DNA from: Eledone cirrhosa
Lineage: Eukaryota
Length of the DNA stretch: 64,000 nucleotides
Assembly: GCA_964016885.1 (NCBI GenBank)
Contig: OZ024743.1
Span: 54,436,001-54,500,000 of the forward strand
Direction: 5' to 3'
Part shown: piece after piece, positions 40,190 through 55,367 of the stretch
Numbering within the stretch: the stretch's first letter is position 1
Layout: each line of letters begins with the position of its first letter
Translations under genes and position numbers: made by a program
Notes under the pieces: generated by a model
The model's database searches: none
The model's input: the letters and a program-made list of their open reading frames with translations, nothing else
What the model was told of the DNA's origin: nothing

Positions 40190-41829
40190 ATGAGAAGAAA
40201 GAAGAATACTGCGTGGTTGCACACAGGTTACATATGATAAAAATAGTCCTTCGTCAGTGATTTTCCAAGCATCATTGGTATTTCATCGCATTAAAAATCA
40301 GATACCTCAGGTTGGTGCGAGCAATAACTAAAATAAGTTATTGGGATCAGTAAATCGCCTAAAGCGAGAGGGACAAGTAAACAACATAGAAGGATAAAAG
40401 CAAACCAAAGAAAGGAAATAAACAAGCAACATGGTAGTCCAGTCAGCATAAACTGGGTAGATTTCATGAGCGAAAGGTACAGACACGTCCAGCGTGAGTG
40501 GGATGTAAGCAAGAAGAGACCCACTGTTAGCCAAACGGGAGGAAGTGAGAAGGGGAGAAACAGAGAGTGAGTGAGTGGAAGTGCGAGGAAGCGGTCAGTC
40601 GAGAGAAAGTATAACTGACAGAGGGGGCGAAAGAAGGTGAGAGAAACAGAGAGAACGGGGAAGCAGTAAGAGAGAAACAGACAAACGCAGCCGAGGTTAC
40701 TCCTTTCCCTACTCATTTTCGTGTTCTCTTTTTTTCTGAAAATCTCACACATACACACACACACAGATTTAGAAAAGAAAGAGAAAAGTGAAATGAGTGG
40801 GGAAGGGAGTAACATAAAACTGTTGAATCAAGTTGATGGTGGTATCACCTAATAACCAATCCTATCGGAAAGTTTCATAATCAACTTGATTTCTTACTTA
40901 CATATGCTGATCACCTGCACCACCACCACCACCACCACCACCACCACCATCATTATCATCATCAACATCATCATCATCATCATTATCCTCCCCTTTATCA
41001 CCTTTATAACCAACATCACCATCACAACTATGATCATCATCATCATCACCGTCATCATCATCATCGAGAAGAAGAAGAAGAAGAAGAAGAAGAAGAAGAA
41101 GAAGAAGAAGAAGAAGAAGAAGAAGAAGAAGAAGAAGAAGAAGAAGAAGAAGAAGAAGAAGAAGAAGAAGAAGAAGAACTACTACCACCACCAGCATCAC
41201 CATCACCACTACATCCAACATCACACACTCCCCAAACACTACACGTAGCATTCTCTTTTTTACCCTCTTCCATTGTGTGTGTAAGTGTCAAGCTCTGAGA
41301 AATATTGTCATTGACTAAACTAAAACTGGAACGAACAATGAACCAAAACCAAATCCCTATGTTCCCTAAAGAGTTACCTCCCTCACACCCTACCGAATCC
41401 TTTTTCTTATATACACCCTACCGAATCCTTTTTCTTATATACACCCTACCTAATCCTTTTTCTTATATAAATGAATTACCCCCTCTCATTTCTCTCTACC
41501 CTACCTGACCACCTTGAATTACCTGCCCCTGCATATTAACTCTCTAAAAAGGGAAATCATATCAAACCCCAGACTAACATTTGCCTCCATCATTGATCAA
41601 CTAAGCACTCTTGCCATAATAACACATTTTGAGCTGCTTATCTTCAAAACTATGCCTGTAAATAATATTTTTTTTTTTTTCCCATTATCTTATCATGTTC
41701 CACATTACCCCCTTTTTTTCTTTTTTCTTTACACTTAAAAAACCTTGTTTGTAAATAACATTATTCTTTCTTCACCATTTCCTTAACATGTTCAACATCA
41801 CCAACATTTTACACCAATACAAATTCCCC

Positions 41830-41866
41830 CCTTTGATAATGTATAACATGCTGAAACCGGTAATAG
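41830..41866 (+). ncRNA. Decayed U3-A8 hammerhead related to 36434-36471
   Basis: TTGATAA-tgtat/aac/atgct-GAAA-ccgg-TA; stem I eroded. Confidence 0.55.
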
Positions 41867-42043
41867 ACAATTATTAAATAAATAAATAAATAAATAAATA
41901 AATGCCATTGTTAATTAGTAAATAAATTAACTAATACCTTAACACTTCACACAGAAAAAAATAGAAAAAAAAAATGTTTCTTCCTAATAATCGTCTTTTT
42001 CTCCCTATTTTCATATATATATATATATATATACACACATCCA

Positions 42044-42158
<115 letters not shown>

Positions 42159-43428
42159 ACATACATACATACATAAACATATATATATGTAAATATATGT
42201 GTGTATGCATATATATATATAAATGTATATACATAAGTATGTATATATATATGTATATATATATATATATATAATATAATAAATAGACGCTCGGATTTGT
42301 TTTCCATCTGCCTGCATAAATTCCATAGAACTTTTCACAAAGTATACAGTTAATATTCAATTCTTTATCAATTTAGAATCTTTTCTCAAAGGCACATATA
42401 CATACACCTCTTTAAAATATACCCATCTACCTTACTTTAAAGGGCATTATACACTCTATAATACTCGTTTACTCATTACCCTCATCCTATCTTCTCGTAA
42501 AACAATAACATTTGTTTTTGACATTTTGAATATTCATCCGCAATCATTATTATTTTTTTTCCCTCTATCATAAATCTTTTTAATCTCAATTTCATCCTTA
42601 ATTTATTATTATATATTTTTTTAATATATACTCATATATTCTTTAAAATATACCCATCTACCTTACTTTAAAGGGCATTATACAATCTCAATTTCATCCT
42701 TAATTTATTATTATTTTTTTCTCCCCATCAACGAACTCATTATTAATACATATGAATTCAATATACAAACTTTAACTTCACATTATTTTTCTCAAATCCT
42801 TCTACACATAAACTTTTTCTCTTTGCTAATTTTAAAATTCCTACATTTCTTCTTTTGACGTTAGAATATTCACCCACAATTATTATATTTTTCTCTCTAT
42901 CTCCATACATAATTTCCCTTCGTTAATTTTCAAATTCCTTTAATTTATACATTATCTTCCAACGGTTCCCAACCTCTCTATATTAAAACATTATATCTTT
43001 TTCTCAGTTATAAAAACTATCTCTTTCTCTCTATCACCCATCTCTCCCTTTCCACCTTCACTCTCATCTCCTCCCCTTTTTTTCATCCTTTCCACCCCCA
43101 CCCCCCTCCCTAAATATAATATATTTTTTCCTCGCACATATCCTCCCTTCGTTAATTTTCAAAATTTTTAATTTATACAGTATCTTCCAACGGTTTTCAA
43201 CCCCTCTATATAAAATATATCTCCTCTCAGTTATAAAAACTATCTCTTTCTCTCTATCACCCATCTCTCCCTCTCATCTCCTTCCCTTTTCATCCTTTTC
43301 TCTCCCCCCCTCTCTAAATAAAATATTTTTCCCAATATCACACATCAATCTAAAACCACTTTTCATATGTTGATTTAAAACTGCACTATCAACAAGTGTT
43401 TTTTTAGCCTTCATATCATGTTCTCCTG

Positions 43429-43495
43429 TTTTATCTGATGAAAACACAAATATTATTGTTTGATGATGTTTGTTTTTGAAATGCGCATAATAAAA
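43429..43495 (+). ncRNA. Type-I hammerhead ribozyme
   Basis: ttttat-CTGATGA-aaacacaaatatta../..tgatgtttgttttt-GAAA-tgcgca-TA-ataaaa; element ends at (TA)n near 43620. Confidence 0.85.
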
Positions 43496-43618
43496 TATAT
43501 TGAACTCCTTTAACCATCTTTTGATCTTATATTATGCATACTCCAGTCCCACAAACTGTAGAGTGCTTCTTATCCGATATCTGCATTGCTTTATTGTACT
43601 ACAATAAAACTCACCTCC

Positions 43619-43693
<75 letters not shown>

Positions 43694-44066
43694 ACACTCA
43701 CACACGCACACACACGCACACACATATATATATATATATACCATTGTATATTGTTATCAACGTCTTATGGTAGTATTAAGCAGGGTTATATTGTTGTAGA
43801 CATAATCCTTGTGTATAGCTGTGCGGTAGAATGTGAGAAAGGGATATGATGAGAGAGAGAGGAAGATTATACCCATTTGGAGGAGTAGTGGAGAGATATG
43901 GTGAGGAAGTGAGGTGGAGGAGTGGTAGCAGGAAAGAGAGCTGAGCTGGAGGAATGATGCAAGGTTTTTTTGGGGGGGGGGGGGGTAAAAGCGGAATAGT
44001 AGAATGAATAATAGAACATCGAATAGATTAGTGCAGAGTGTGAGAGAAATGGTATGTTAGAGAGTC

Positions 44067-44112
<46 letters not shown>

Positions 44113-44207
44113 ACATATATATATATATATATACATATATATACATATATATATATATATATGTATATATATACACATATATATATATACATATATATAT
44201 ATACACA

Positions 44208-44257
<50 letters not shown>

Positions 44258-46049
44258 CAGAGAGAGATTGAGGGTTAGTGAGAGAGATACGGGATGGTAG
44301 TGGAGATGATAAAGCGTAAGAAAGACAGTGTGATAGAAACAGAGAGGGGGGGGGGGGCGAGAGAGATTTGCAGATGAAACAGAGAGGGGGATGGGGAAGA
44401 GTGAGAGGGGTACATTTTTGCTTCTTCATACATGATATAATTATAAATGTCTACATAACGCCGAAGAAATTCTTGCGAAGATATACAAGGTGTAAAAACA
44501 TCTTACATTCTTACACATACATTCAACACACATAAACACATACACAACAGTGGCTCACGCATATATGTAACGCACACAAACACATACACAACAACAGCAC
44601 ACAAATACATGTAACACATATAAACACACTCATAACAGGCGCACACACCATACACTCCCACACATACATACAACACACACAACGCACATACACACCATCC
44701 GCATACACCATACACTCCCACACATACATACAACACACACAACACACATACACACCATCCGCATACACCATACATTCCCACACATACATACATCACATAT
44801 AAACACATACACAACATTCGCACACACCATACACTCCCACACATACATACAACACACATAAACACATCCACACACACTCACACCCTACGCAGACATATAT
44901 ACACCAATACGAAAACGTCCACAGCAAAAGCATACACATATATACATAATCCTCAAAACAAATACACTCACACTACCACACACACACAAACAGTCTACTA
45001 CACACGTTAGAAACGTTCACACATACAGACAACACTCACAAATACACACTAAACAGCACACATGCAACATACGTTCACAATTACACGCAATTCACACAAA
45101 CACACAAACATTGACAAATAAACGCACACAGAAACACACATACCAAAAACACATACAGATACATACAAAACACATAAATACACATACAGACATATATGCA
45201 CACACACCAAATATAGGCAAATACATATGTAACACAAGATAAATCATCCACACAAACACACTAATGTATACACAAACCTTCACACAACGCACGTACATTT
45301 ACATATAAGCAAACACTCTCAAAGACATGCACATACACAAACGAAAATCATTTGATTAGAAACGTTAATTCTGGCCTATTCTTCATATTCAGTTGTTCAA
45401 TATATCCTTATTCATTTACTTAGTAGTTCTATGGAACATAAACACATTATCAACGGTTCAATATCACATGACTTCATTCATCGCTGTCATGGTTAGTGAC
45501 TTTTAACTCGTGATGGAATTGTAGGGGCGCCATACGTCTTGGCTATTCAAACATGGCGAACTCCATTTATCCGAGTCGGATCACAGACGATTTCTTTGAG
45601 AAAGCGCACGAGAAAAGGATATAAAAGGAAGAATCGACCCCACTACTGAACTGGTATTTATTTATCGACTTCGAAATGATGGAAAGCAAAGTTGGCCTCG
45701 GCTCGATTTGAAATCAGAGCGCACTCCATTGTGACAGGACACTGACTCGACCTTAATAAAAGTATTAATATATACTGTTGTGTTGAGTTCTCATTCCTGG
45801 AAGCGTGAACGGGATAGAACCAGTTTAAAATTAGTTAGACCATTACTCAACAGAGTACTCAATACTTGGGGTGTATGGCTATATTACAAAGAGTCGGAAT
45901 CCGACGGCTGGGCTAGAAAGTACCCCTCCGAGGCACATATCCAGGCAAGGTTGTTTGTGAAAGCCCAGTACATAAAATACATACCAGTCTCCCTCCTCCA
46001 CCGATGTTGTACAAGGGGAAAAGGCCAATGCCGATACAGCTAGGCACCA

Positions 46050-46210
46050 GTGATGTCGCAACTCATTCGTACATCTGATTGAACTGGAGCAGCATGAAAA
46101 AAAAATGTCTTACAGCAGAACACAACGCAAAGCCCGGTCCGAATATCGAACTCACAATCTCGTGATTGTAAGCCCGGCGCTGTAACTATTAAGATATGCG
46201 ACTTCAGTAC
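46050..46210 (-). mobile_element. SINE family 2, decayed
   Basis: Minus GAGTTCGATATTCGGACCGGGC; similar to 39960-40067. Confidence 0.7.
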
Positions 46211-46844
46211 GCACACACACACATGTATATATATATATGTGTGTGTGTGTAGAGAGAGAGACAGAGAGATGAAGAGGGAGAGGGGGGAAAGAGAGAGATA
46301 GAAGGGAGCGCAAGAATCATGTTACAGTCCAAGCTATGGAATTCTTTTGTCGTACGTAGCTGCCTCTATATTGGAATTTAAATGAGGTAGGTAGAGCTAA
46401 AATGGCGGACACATTATTTGTTGATATATGAGTTACAGAATTACTTTGCTTGAATGTCAATGATGTGTGAGATTGGGCTGAGCTAAAAGATGTAAGACAA
46501 TGATATAGATACAATGACTGTTCTTTATTATATCAAGCAACAATGATCTTTTAATAACATCCTGTAGCTTTCTTAGATAATATAACGAAACCTTTCATTA
46601 CAATGATGAATGATTGAGGTAATAACGACGATAGGTCTTTAATGTGTGTGTATTCATACATATATATATACATACATACGTATGTATGTATGTATATATA
46701 TGTATGTATAAGTGTGTGCAATATATATGTATATATGTATACATATATATGTATACATATATATGTATACACATATATATGTATACATATATATGTATAC
46801 ACATATATATGTATACATATATATGTATACACATATATATGTAT

Positions 46845-46877
<33 letters not shown>

Positions 46878-46878
46878 C

Positions 46879-47001
<123 letters not shown>

Positions 47002-47056
47002 GAGAGACAGAGAGAGGGGGAGATAGATTGATATATAGATAGATAAATATGCACAC

Positions 47057-47124
<68 letters not shown>

Positions 47125-48057
47125 ATGTGTATGTGTGTGTAAGCATGAATATGTGTGTGTGTGTGGGGGGGGGGGGGGCGCACGGTATGTGAACATGTTT
47201 CGATAAATCTCAAGTTGTGTTAATTAATACCTTTTGGGAGGCATGAATATCATTACATCTCTATTTAGTTCTCCTAATATCCCTGAAATTTTTGACATAG
47301 AAAATAATCTCGCACCACGGTTATGCCTCTTTACATACGTATAAAGTGACAACTTATTACATTGTTAAACTGTTAACAAATCACTTTATTGAGCGCTAAT
47401 AGCCACATACCTCGTGAGTAATTACGAAATTCCGCCAATTTTTCATTCTAATGATGGTTTTTAATATAGGCACAAGACCGGACAGTTTTTGACTAGAAAA
47501 GTACAAAGTCGATTAAATCGATCCCAGTACTTGACTGGTACTTTATGTTCCCGACCCCTGAGTAATGAAAGGTAAAGTTGGCCCGGTGGAAGTTGAATTC
47601 AGAAATATAAAGTATCATTAATTTTGTTGTTTTAAACAACAAATGTCTCTCCTATGTTCATGGCGAACACATCCACAAGGATATGAACCGAACGTGGAAG
47701 AGCCGAACTCCCACTTTCATCGCCTCCATCTCTCTCGCCATCCCTATCTCTCTGTATGGTGAGCAAATAGGCTCCCACGTGCTGGCCACCCCACAGCCCC
47801 GGCAGACAGAATGGAGAAGGTGGTTCCCCGGAGGATAAGGTGTTGCAATATAACGATTCTACCAATCCATCACCCTTACAATCACAACATAATTTGTTCC
47901 GAGGTAATCTTCTCCATCTTGTTTACCAATGGCCGTCGAGGTTATACAGCCATGTGAAAACACAACTTTGTATGTGGCTCGTTCATAACATAACCTTTTG
48001 CTATCGAATTAATTGACTCTCTGGCAATTAATTGACTCTCTGGTAATTATCGGATTA

Positions 48058-48560
48058 TCTCTTCTTCTTCTTCTTCTTCTTCTTCTTCTTCTTCTTCTTC
48101 TTCTTCTTCTTCTTCTTCTTCTTCTTCTTCTTCTTCTTCTTCTTGAGCGGGTCGTGGGAGCAGAGTCATCAAAAATTCCTTCTACCGGGTCCTGTTAAAA
48201 GAAACCGTTTCTAACTGATCCGGCTGAATCCCCAAGCGAGACCAGCCAAGCTCATGCATGTTATCCAACCATCTTTCTCTGGATCTCCTGTCGGTTGGTT
48301 TTGTCCATAAAATCTGTCCAGCGGTTCTTTCCTGAGACATTCTAACCACATGCCCATAGTATCCGAGCTGTGATCTCTCAATTCGGAGAAGTAGCGACAC
48401 TACATTGAGTAACTCTTTTATCTCCGAGCTACACCCTTCTATGGAATAACGTTACTCTAAGGACCATTCGGAGGAACCCCATTTCGCGATCGTATTCTTT
48501 TGGTCATTATCCAAGGTTCATGACCATAGGTGAGAGCAAAATTGAATAGTGAAATGAAGA
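48058..48560 (-). mobile_element. RTE-like LINE 3' fragment with (GAA)n tail
   Basis: ORF SLLLRIERSQLGYYGHVVRMSQERTAGQILWTKP..R.RW; same family as 13558-14030. Confidence 0.8.
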
Positions 48561-49793
48561 TAACGAGTTTGGTTTTTACACAACGAGTTTGGTTTTTACA
48601 ACTTCAACATTCGGTAATCAGAAAAAGGGAGGTCCCTTTTTCTGATTACCGAATGCTGAAGTTGGCACATCTCTGCATCAGGTCCTCCAATTCTTGGACT
48701 ACATTTAGTCTCCCGCCTTCCATCACTCGTGAACACATCTCGTCTTTTAACATTCCAGCTGACATATATTTCCCAGAAGAGTAAATGGAGGGAAGGTTCC
48801 TGGTGTATTGTATCCTCCAATAAAAGACTTTACGATGTACACTCAAGTAGATTGGAGACTTTGTTTCTTTTCAGGCACTTGTAATTGGCCTACGTAATTG
48901 TCAATCTAATAAGTCCTTGATATGGTTATAATAAGCTAACATGTCAAATCTTTTTTTTTTTTTTTCAGATTAAAGGTTCGGTTGAAGGTTTTTATTTCAC
49001 ATTGCTACAGTCTGTTCATTTGGGGAAAACGATTTAACTTTATAATTTCTGCCCTTTAGTTACTCATAATTTTCATTTAAAACATATTGAGAAAGGCATG
49101 AATATTACAACATTTCAGCAATACATTCCTTACTTGAAGTGTTCTATGAATCAATTGTTAAATCATCTTTTCTCACTTTCTCACTTACGTCCTCTCTTCC
49201 TCACTTTCTATAAATTATTTGTTCCATACATCCCTACCTTCTTCAGGTTTGTAAGTTATCTTATTCTCACATTATTTATCTCGTAATCTCCAACACCTTT
49301 TAAGATCAGACAGTAGTGATGATAATAAAGATTAGATACTTTGACAATTGTGATAATTTCAGTGTGACTGTCTTTATTAAAACAAGATAAACACACTTCC
49401 GGTGTCATGGCTGCTTCGTGCTGGGTGATTCCTATAATAGCTTAACCAATAACTTTTATTTGATACACCAACAACTCCGTCTCCTTTTAAACTCTTCTCT
49501 CTATTTTCCACTACTCATTCTTTCATTCTTTATCTTTATCAGTCTTTCATATATTCTTTGTTTTACCTTTCTTTGTGGTGTCCGTGTGTGTGTCTGTGTG
49601 TGTATGTGTGTGTGGGTGGGTATGTGTGTGTGTGTGTGTGTATGCATATGTGTGCGTCTATACCGTTTGTTTATACCATTGTGTATATATGCGTGTCTGC
49701 GGTGTATCTATGTGTGATTGTTTTTATTTTCGAAGTTTCTTAGTAAGCATTAGTGTGCTTCTATGCACGCGCGTGTGGAATGTATATGTATGA

Positions 49794-49859
<66 letters not shown>

Positions 49860-50081
49860 AAGAGAGAGAGAGTATCCAGTTTATCATTCCCTTTTTTCTT
49901 TCCGTTTTGCTTCACTTTTTCTTTCCTATTATTTCTTACATACCGATTTATATCTATTTCAGCTTATTTTATTCATTCATTGTCTACATTTAATATATTT
50001 CAGCTTATTTTATTCATTCATTGACTACATTTAATATATTTAAACCTCTTATTTTTTTTATATATTCACCTCACTGTGTGT

Positions 50082-50113
<32 letters not shown>

Positions 50114-50114
50114 A

Positions 50115-50292
50115 TTCATTTTATTAAGGCTAAATAGTGAGTCTAGTTACTCTGGAGTTAAAATAACCCTGTGATAAACAGGCGAAACAGGCGTAACAAG
50201 ATTCAATATTAAGTCCTAATAAAATGAATATTAAAACACAACTTCGGTATTGAGTATTCTTTTCTCTCAGTCGTTGACCCCATACGGATAAA
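50115..50292 (+). mobile_element. Fold-back pLTR-like remnant, same family as 55929-56138
   Basis: ttcattttatta...taataaaatgaa inverted ends; shared tail ctctcagYcgtYRacc.atacggata. Confidence 0.65.
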
Positions 50293-50491
50293 TATAAATA
50301 TATATATATATATATGTATACATAGATACATAAATATGTGTGTGTGTGTTTGTGAATGTGTTTGTGTGTGTGCGTGCGCGCGTGTGTGTATTTGCTAACA
50401 CGCCGGATTCTGGAGAAGATAAAACGTAAAAAGTGTGAATACTCTTTGTTATTCTTTTAGTACACAAAAAAAAAAAACTCATGAAATATTG

Positions 50492-50533
50492 CTCCTACAT
50501 GTTTCACCATTAAACTGGCCGTTCTTCAGAAGA
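50492..50533 (-). ncRNA. Partly decayed minimal hammerhead
   Basis: CTGAAGA-acggcca/gtttaa/tggt-GAAA-catg-TA-ggag; weak stem I. Confidence 0.6.
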
Positions 50534-50694
50534 CGAATTCCCATATTTTTCGACCTTGAAACTATAGTTAAAACATATTTATGTAAAACGCTGTTCACAT
50601 TTTTCTTATATTCTTTGCACTGGGATAATTGGTGGCCTTGTGCCAAAAATAGAAACAATTATTTACGTAATTAATTAAGTAGTATCTATTTATG

Positions 50695-50885
50695 GCACAT
50701 TTGGCAGTATCGGTAGAAGGTCGGACGCCATTCTTTGCAGCATGGAGTTACGACCCTTTATAGTCTGGGTTCAAATCCCGCCAAGGTTAAATTTGCCTTT
50801 CACCCTTATGGGGTCGATGAAATAAAGCACCGGTAATGCACTGGGGTAATTACTGGCCTTGTGCATAAAAGTAGAAACAATTATA
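50695..50885 (+). mobile_element. SINE family 1
   Basis: Full head, core and tail. Confidence 0.88.
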
Positions 50886-50972
50886 TTAAATGAGCATCGC
50901 CGCCCTGTGAATCATTACATTTCAGTTTGTTTATGACAGAAACGAAACCAGAATATAAATAGTAAAGACTTT

Positions 50973-51004
<32 letters not shown>

Positions 51005-51210
51005 TTTTTGATTATGCAGGACACAATTAATCCCTAAGCAGGGGTAGGTCCTGCCTAACAACGCTCGTTAGTGTCCCGCTCCATGTGTTTCTGACCGCCG
51101 GTCTCACTTGGGCCAGGCCAAGCTTAGATTGATCCCAACGGATATCCTCCATCCAAGTTCTTTTTGTTCTTCCTGGACCACTACTGCCTCCTGGATCGAC
51201 ATTCCTCACT
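50973..51210 (-). mobile_element. LINE 3' fragment (RTE-like) with (TGA)n tail
   Basis: G...PGRTKRTWMEDIRWD..KLGL....R.TW motif. Confidence 0.6.
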
Positions 51211-51414
51211 TTAAAATCATACGTTTATAAACACGGAATAAATTGGACAAGGAGAACATACCGACTGACGGAAAGCGACCATATACATAAACAAGTCCTG
51301 GAATTATACTGAAAACCATACAATCGTGCCCAACAGTCTAGCTACTAAGACTTCATAATAATTTAGTCATCAGTAAACCAACCAGCGAAAACATTATTCC
51401 AACTATATCTAATA

Positions 51415-52291
51415 CTAGCAGTAAAGCCCGGCGTTGCTCGAGGCTGCTCGGTAGCTGTGTTAAAGTTACAATGTCAAGTTCCTTTCTTGGCTTAAAAACT
51501 GTAGAATCTACAGTGTAGGCTTTCATGTGGTACTTTTGATTAATATTCCCTCAACCAACAGTATGCCTTATGAAGTTAAGAAAACATAACCATAACCCGA
51601 ATGTTAAAACAAAAGAGGATGCTGGGGATAAAAACTGCACTGGTAATCTATTAACAAAAACATCAGCGTAACCAAACTATCAGTTATTTTGAAACAAAGA
51701 AATTGGATGGACATGAAAAACAAAACAAAAAAATGCGTTATCCGTCTGTCGTTTAAAATCATTGCTTCTAAATGAAAATCTCATAAGGCTTTATTCGAGA
51801 TCAATGCTTTTTTTTACAAAATATTTGCTTGTTTTACGGTGTATTCAAATAGGCTTGTTTTCAAGTAAAAATAATTGTGTTAAAAGACTTTTTAATGGAA
51901 ATGAAGCAAAATGGAAGCTTAATGTTGAAACTTCGAACTCATGAATTTTGCAGGTTAATATTTTGCTGGTCCGAAAACTGTTCGCGTATTTTTGTACTTT
52001 TGCACGCGTCGTTTATTCGTAACGTAAATAGACAGAGTGACGCTATAAAAGGGAAATAACTCGTCCCTCATCTCTATTTATACATTTGAACTGAAAAATC
52101 AATACATTACAAATTCGATTTTTGCACTTGGCGTGGGTCGATTTGAAAATTTTTTGACCGATGTCACCGCCGGACCTTCATCTATAAGTGTAGCAATTTC
52201 ACCTAAATTTGAACGTACAGTTTAGGAGGAGATGTGTGCCGACCGTTTTAGTAGACAGACAGACAGACAACCTCAGTTTTATATCTATAGA
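51415..52291 (-). mobile_element. Non-autonomous Helitron, copy 1 (diverged)
   Basis: 5'-TC..(GTCT)n head; 3' hairpin C.CGAGCAACGCCGGG + CTAG; A|T insertion. Confidence 0.85.
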
Positions 52292-52403
52292 TTGTCTGGT
52301 ATCACACTTAAATTTCACTGTTGTTATGACTAAAAGAATTCCTGAATATAAATATAATATATAAATATCGTGGGAACAATTAAGATCATATAATATAGTA
52401 TAA

Positions 52404-53341
52404 TCTATATATATAAAACTGTGGTTGTCTGTCTGTCTATCGATTTTTGGCACACATCTCCTCTTAGAATCTCTCACGGAATTGCACCGAAATTGCTATA
52501 CTTGTACATTGAGCCCTAGCGAAGACATCGGAAAAAAAAATTTCAAATTGACCCACCCTATGTGACGAAATCGAATATAATGTATCGATTTTTGAGCGTA
52601 AGTTATCAGTTATTTCCCTTTGTTCTGTTTACATTGAGCGTCTTACGTAAAAAATTACGCTGGCTTTCTCAGCGTTTAAAATGACATTAACACAATACAC
52701 GAACAAAATTCATCAGTTCGAACACTAAGCTTCCGTTTTGCTTCATTTCCATTTAAAAGCATTTTAAAACAATATTTTTACTTGAAAACAAGTCTATTTA
52801 AAGACTACGTAAAACAAGCAAATATTTCGTCGTTAGGCGTGCAGACAGACAGTCGTGCAGAGAGGTGATATACGCGTGCAGACAGATAGTCGTGCAGAGA
52901 GGTGATATAGGCGTGCAGACAGACAGTCGTGCAGAGAGGTGATATAGGCGTGCAGACAGACAGTCGCGCAGAGAGGTGATATAGGCGTGCAGACAGACAG
53001 TCGTGCAGAGAGGTGATACAGGCGTGCAGACAGACATAACTGATAATTTGGTTACGCTAATGTTTTTCTCTGCGTTGCAGTGTTTACATTTTCGATCTTT
53101 GTTAATAAATAACCAGTGCAGTTTCTATCCCCAGCATCCTCTTTTGTTATAACATTCGGGTTATCGTTATGTTTTCTTAACTTCATAAGGCATATTGTTG
53201 GTTGAGGGAATATTAATCAAAAACACCACATGCAAGTCTGCACAGTAGACACTACAGTTTTTAAGCCAAGAAAGAAACTTAACATTGTAACTTTAACACA
53301 GCTACTGAGCAACCCCGAGCAACGCCGGGCTTTACTGCTAG
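52404..53341 (+). mobile_element. Non-autonomous Helitron, copy 2, with internal 37-bp minisatellite (52835-53035)
   Basis: a|TCTATATATATAAAAC...CCCGAGCAACGCCGGG-CTTTACTGCTAG. Confidence 0.9.
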
Positions 53342-54001
53342 TCTATATATATAAAACTGTGGTTGTCTGTCTGTCTATCGATTTTTGGCACACATCTCCT
53401 CTTAGAATCTCTCACGGAATTGCACCGAAATTGCTATACTTGTACATTGAGCCCTAGCGAAGACATCGGAAAAAAAATATTTCAAATTGACCCACCCTAT
53501 GTGACGAAATCGAATCTAATGTATCGATTTTTGAGCGTAAGTGACGAGTTATTTCCCTTTGTTCTGTTTACATTGAGCGTCTTACGTTCTGTTTACATTT
53601 TCTGCGTGCAAAAATTAAAAAAATTACGCTGGCTTTCTCAGCGTTTAAAATGACATTAACACAATACACGAACAGCTGTCGAGCCAGCAAAATTTTGACC
53701 TGCAAAATTCATCAGTTCGAACACTAAACTTCCGTTTTGCTTCATTTCCATTTAAAAGCCTTTTAAAACAATATTTTTACTTGAAAACAAGTCTATTTAA
53801 AGACTACGTAAAACAAGCAAATATTTCGTAAAAAAAAGCAAAAATTATATAAGTTTATTTAAAATATATGTATCTGTAAATTTCGTTAGGCGTGCAGACA
53901 GACAGTCGTGCAGACAGACTTTAAGCCAAAAAAGAAACTTAACATTGTAACTTTAACACAGCTACTGAGCGACCCCGAGCAACGCCGGGCTTTACTGCTA
54001 G
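53342..54001 (+). mobile_element. Non-autonomous Helitron, copy 3
   Basis: TC start directly after the CTAG of copy 2; ends CTAG|t. Confidence 0.9.
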
Positions 54002-54117
54002 TACTATATAAGCTTAAAATTATACATATACAAGCACATCCTGTAATGGCTGAATACATTTTTTCCATTTTAGTTCATGCTTTTAAAAATATAATTTTAA
54101 GTCTATATTATACTATA

Positions 54118-54777
54118 CTAGCAGTAAAGCCCGGCGTTGCTCGGGGTCGCTCAGTAGCTGTGTTAAAGTTACAATGTTAAGTTTCTTTTTTGGCTTAAAG
54201 TCTGTCTGCACGACTGTCTGTCTGCACGCCTAACGAAATTTACAGATACATATATTTTAAATAAACTTATATAATTTTTGCTTTTTTTTACGAAATATTT
54301 GCTTGTTTTACGTAGTCTTTAAATAGACTTGTTTTCAAGTAAAAATATTGTTTTAAAAGGCTTTTAAATGGAAATGAAGCAAAACGGAAGCTTAGTGTTC
54401 GAACTGATGAATTTTGCAGGTCAAAATTTTGCTGGCTCGACAACTGTTCGCGTATTGTGTTAATGTCATTTTAAACGCTGAGAAAGCCAGCGTAATTTTT
54501 TTAATTTTTGCACGCAGAAAATGTAAACAGAACGTAAGACGCTCAATGTAAACAGAACAAAGGGAAATAACTCGTCACTTACGCTCAAAAATCGATACAT
54601 CAGATTCGATTTCGTCACATAGGGTGGGTCAATTTGAAATATTTTTTTTCCGATGTCTTCGCTAGGGCTCAATGTACAAGTATAGCAATTTCAGTGCAAT
54701 TCCGTCAGAGATTCTAAGAGGAGATGTGTGCCAAAAATCGATAGACAGACAGACAACCACAGCTTTATATATATAGA
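54118..54777 (-). mobile_element. Non-autonomous Helitron, copy 4
   Basis: Near-identical reverse complement of copy 3. Confidence 0.9.
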
Positions 54778-55230
54778 TTATGAAATCTTCACTGTTTACA
54801 TAACACACACACACACACACACACACATTTCTGCCCAAGCGTGAAACTAACAAGTCTGTGTTTGTGTATCTCTTGTTTATTCTTGAACTATACGTATATA
54901 CTAGCTGGGCCCGTGCCGTCAAATGTGACTGCTGAAGAGTAGTTGTGTATTTGTATATACCTTTCAACTGCGGTCGGTTTATATTCTTGATAATTCTAAT
55001 TTATTTCGATATTGCTAGGGACTTGGTTCCTTGGACAACACATACACACAAACACTCACACACATATACAGTCACACACACAAACACTTACATACATAAA
55101 CAGTTACACACACATACACTCACGAAAGTGTAGCTAATCTAAGTACTCTAGTTAAAAATAGTTATTACATACTCACTCATCTACACAAACATACTCAGTG
55201 AAAATAATTATTACATGCACACATATATGT

Positions 55231-55367
<137 letters not shown>

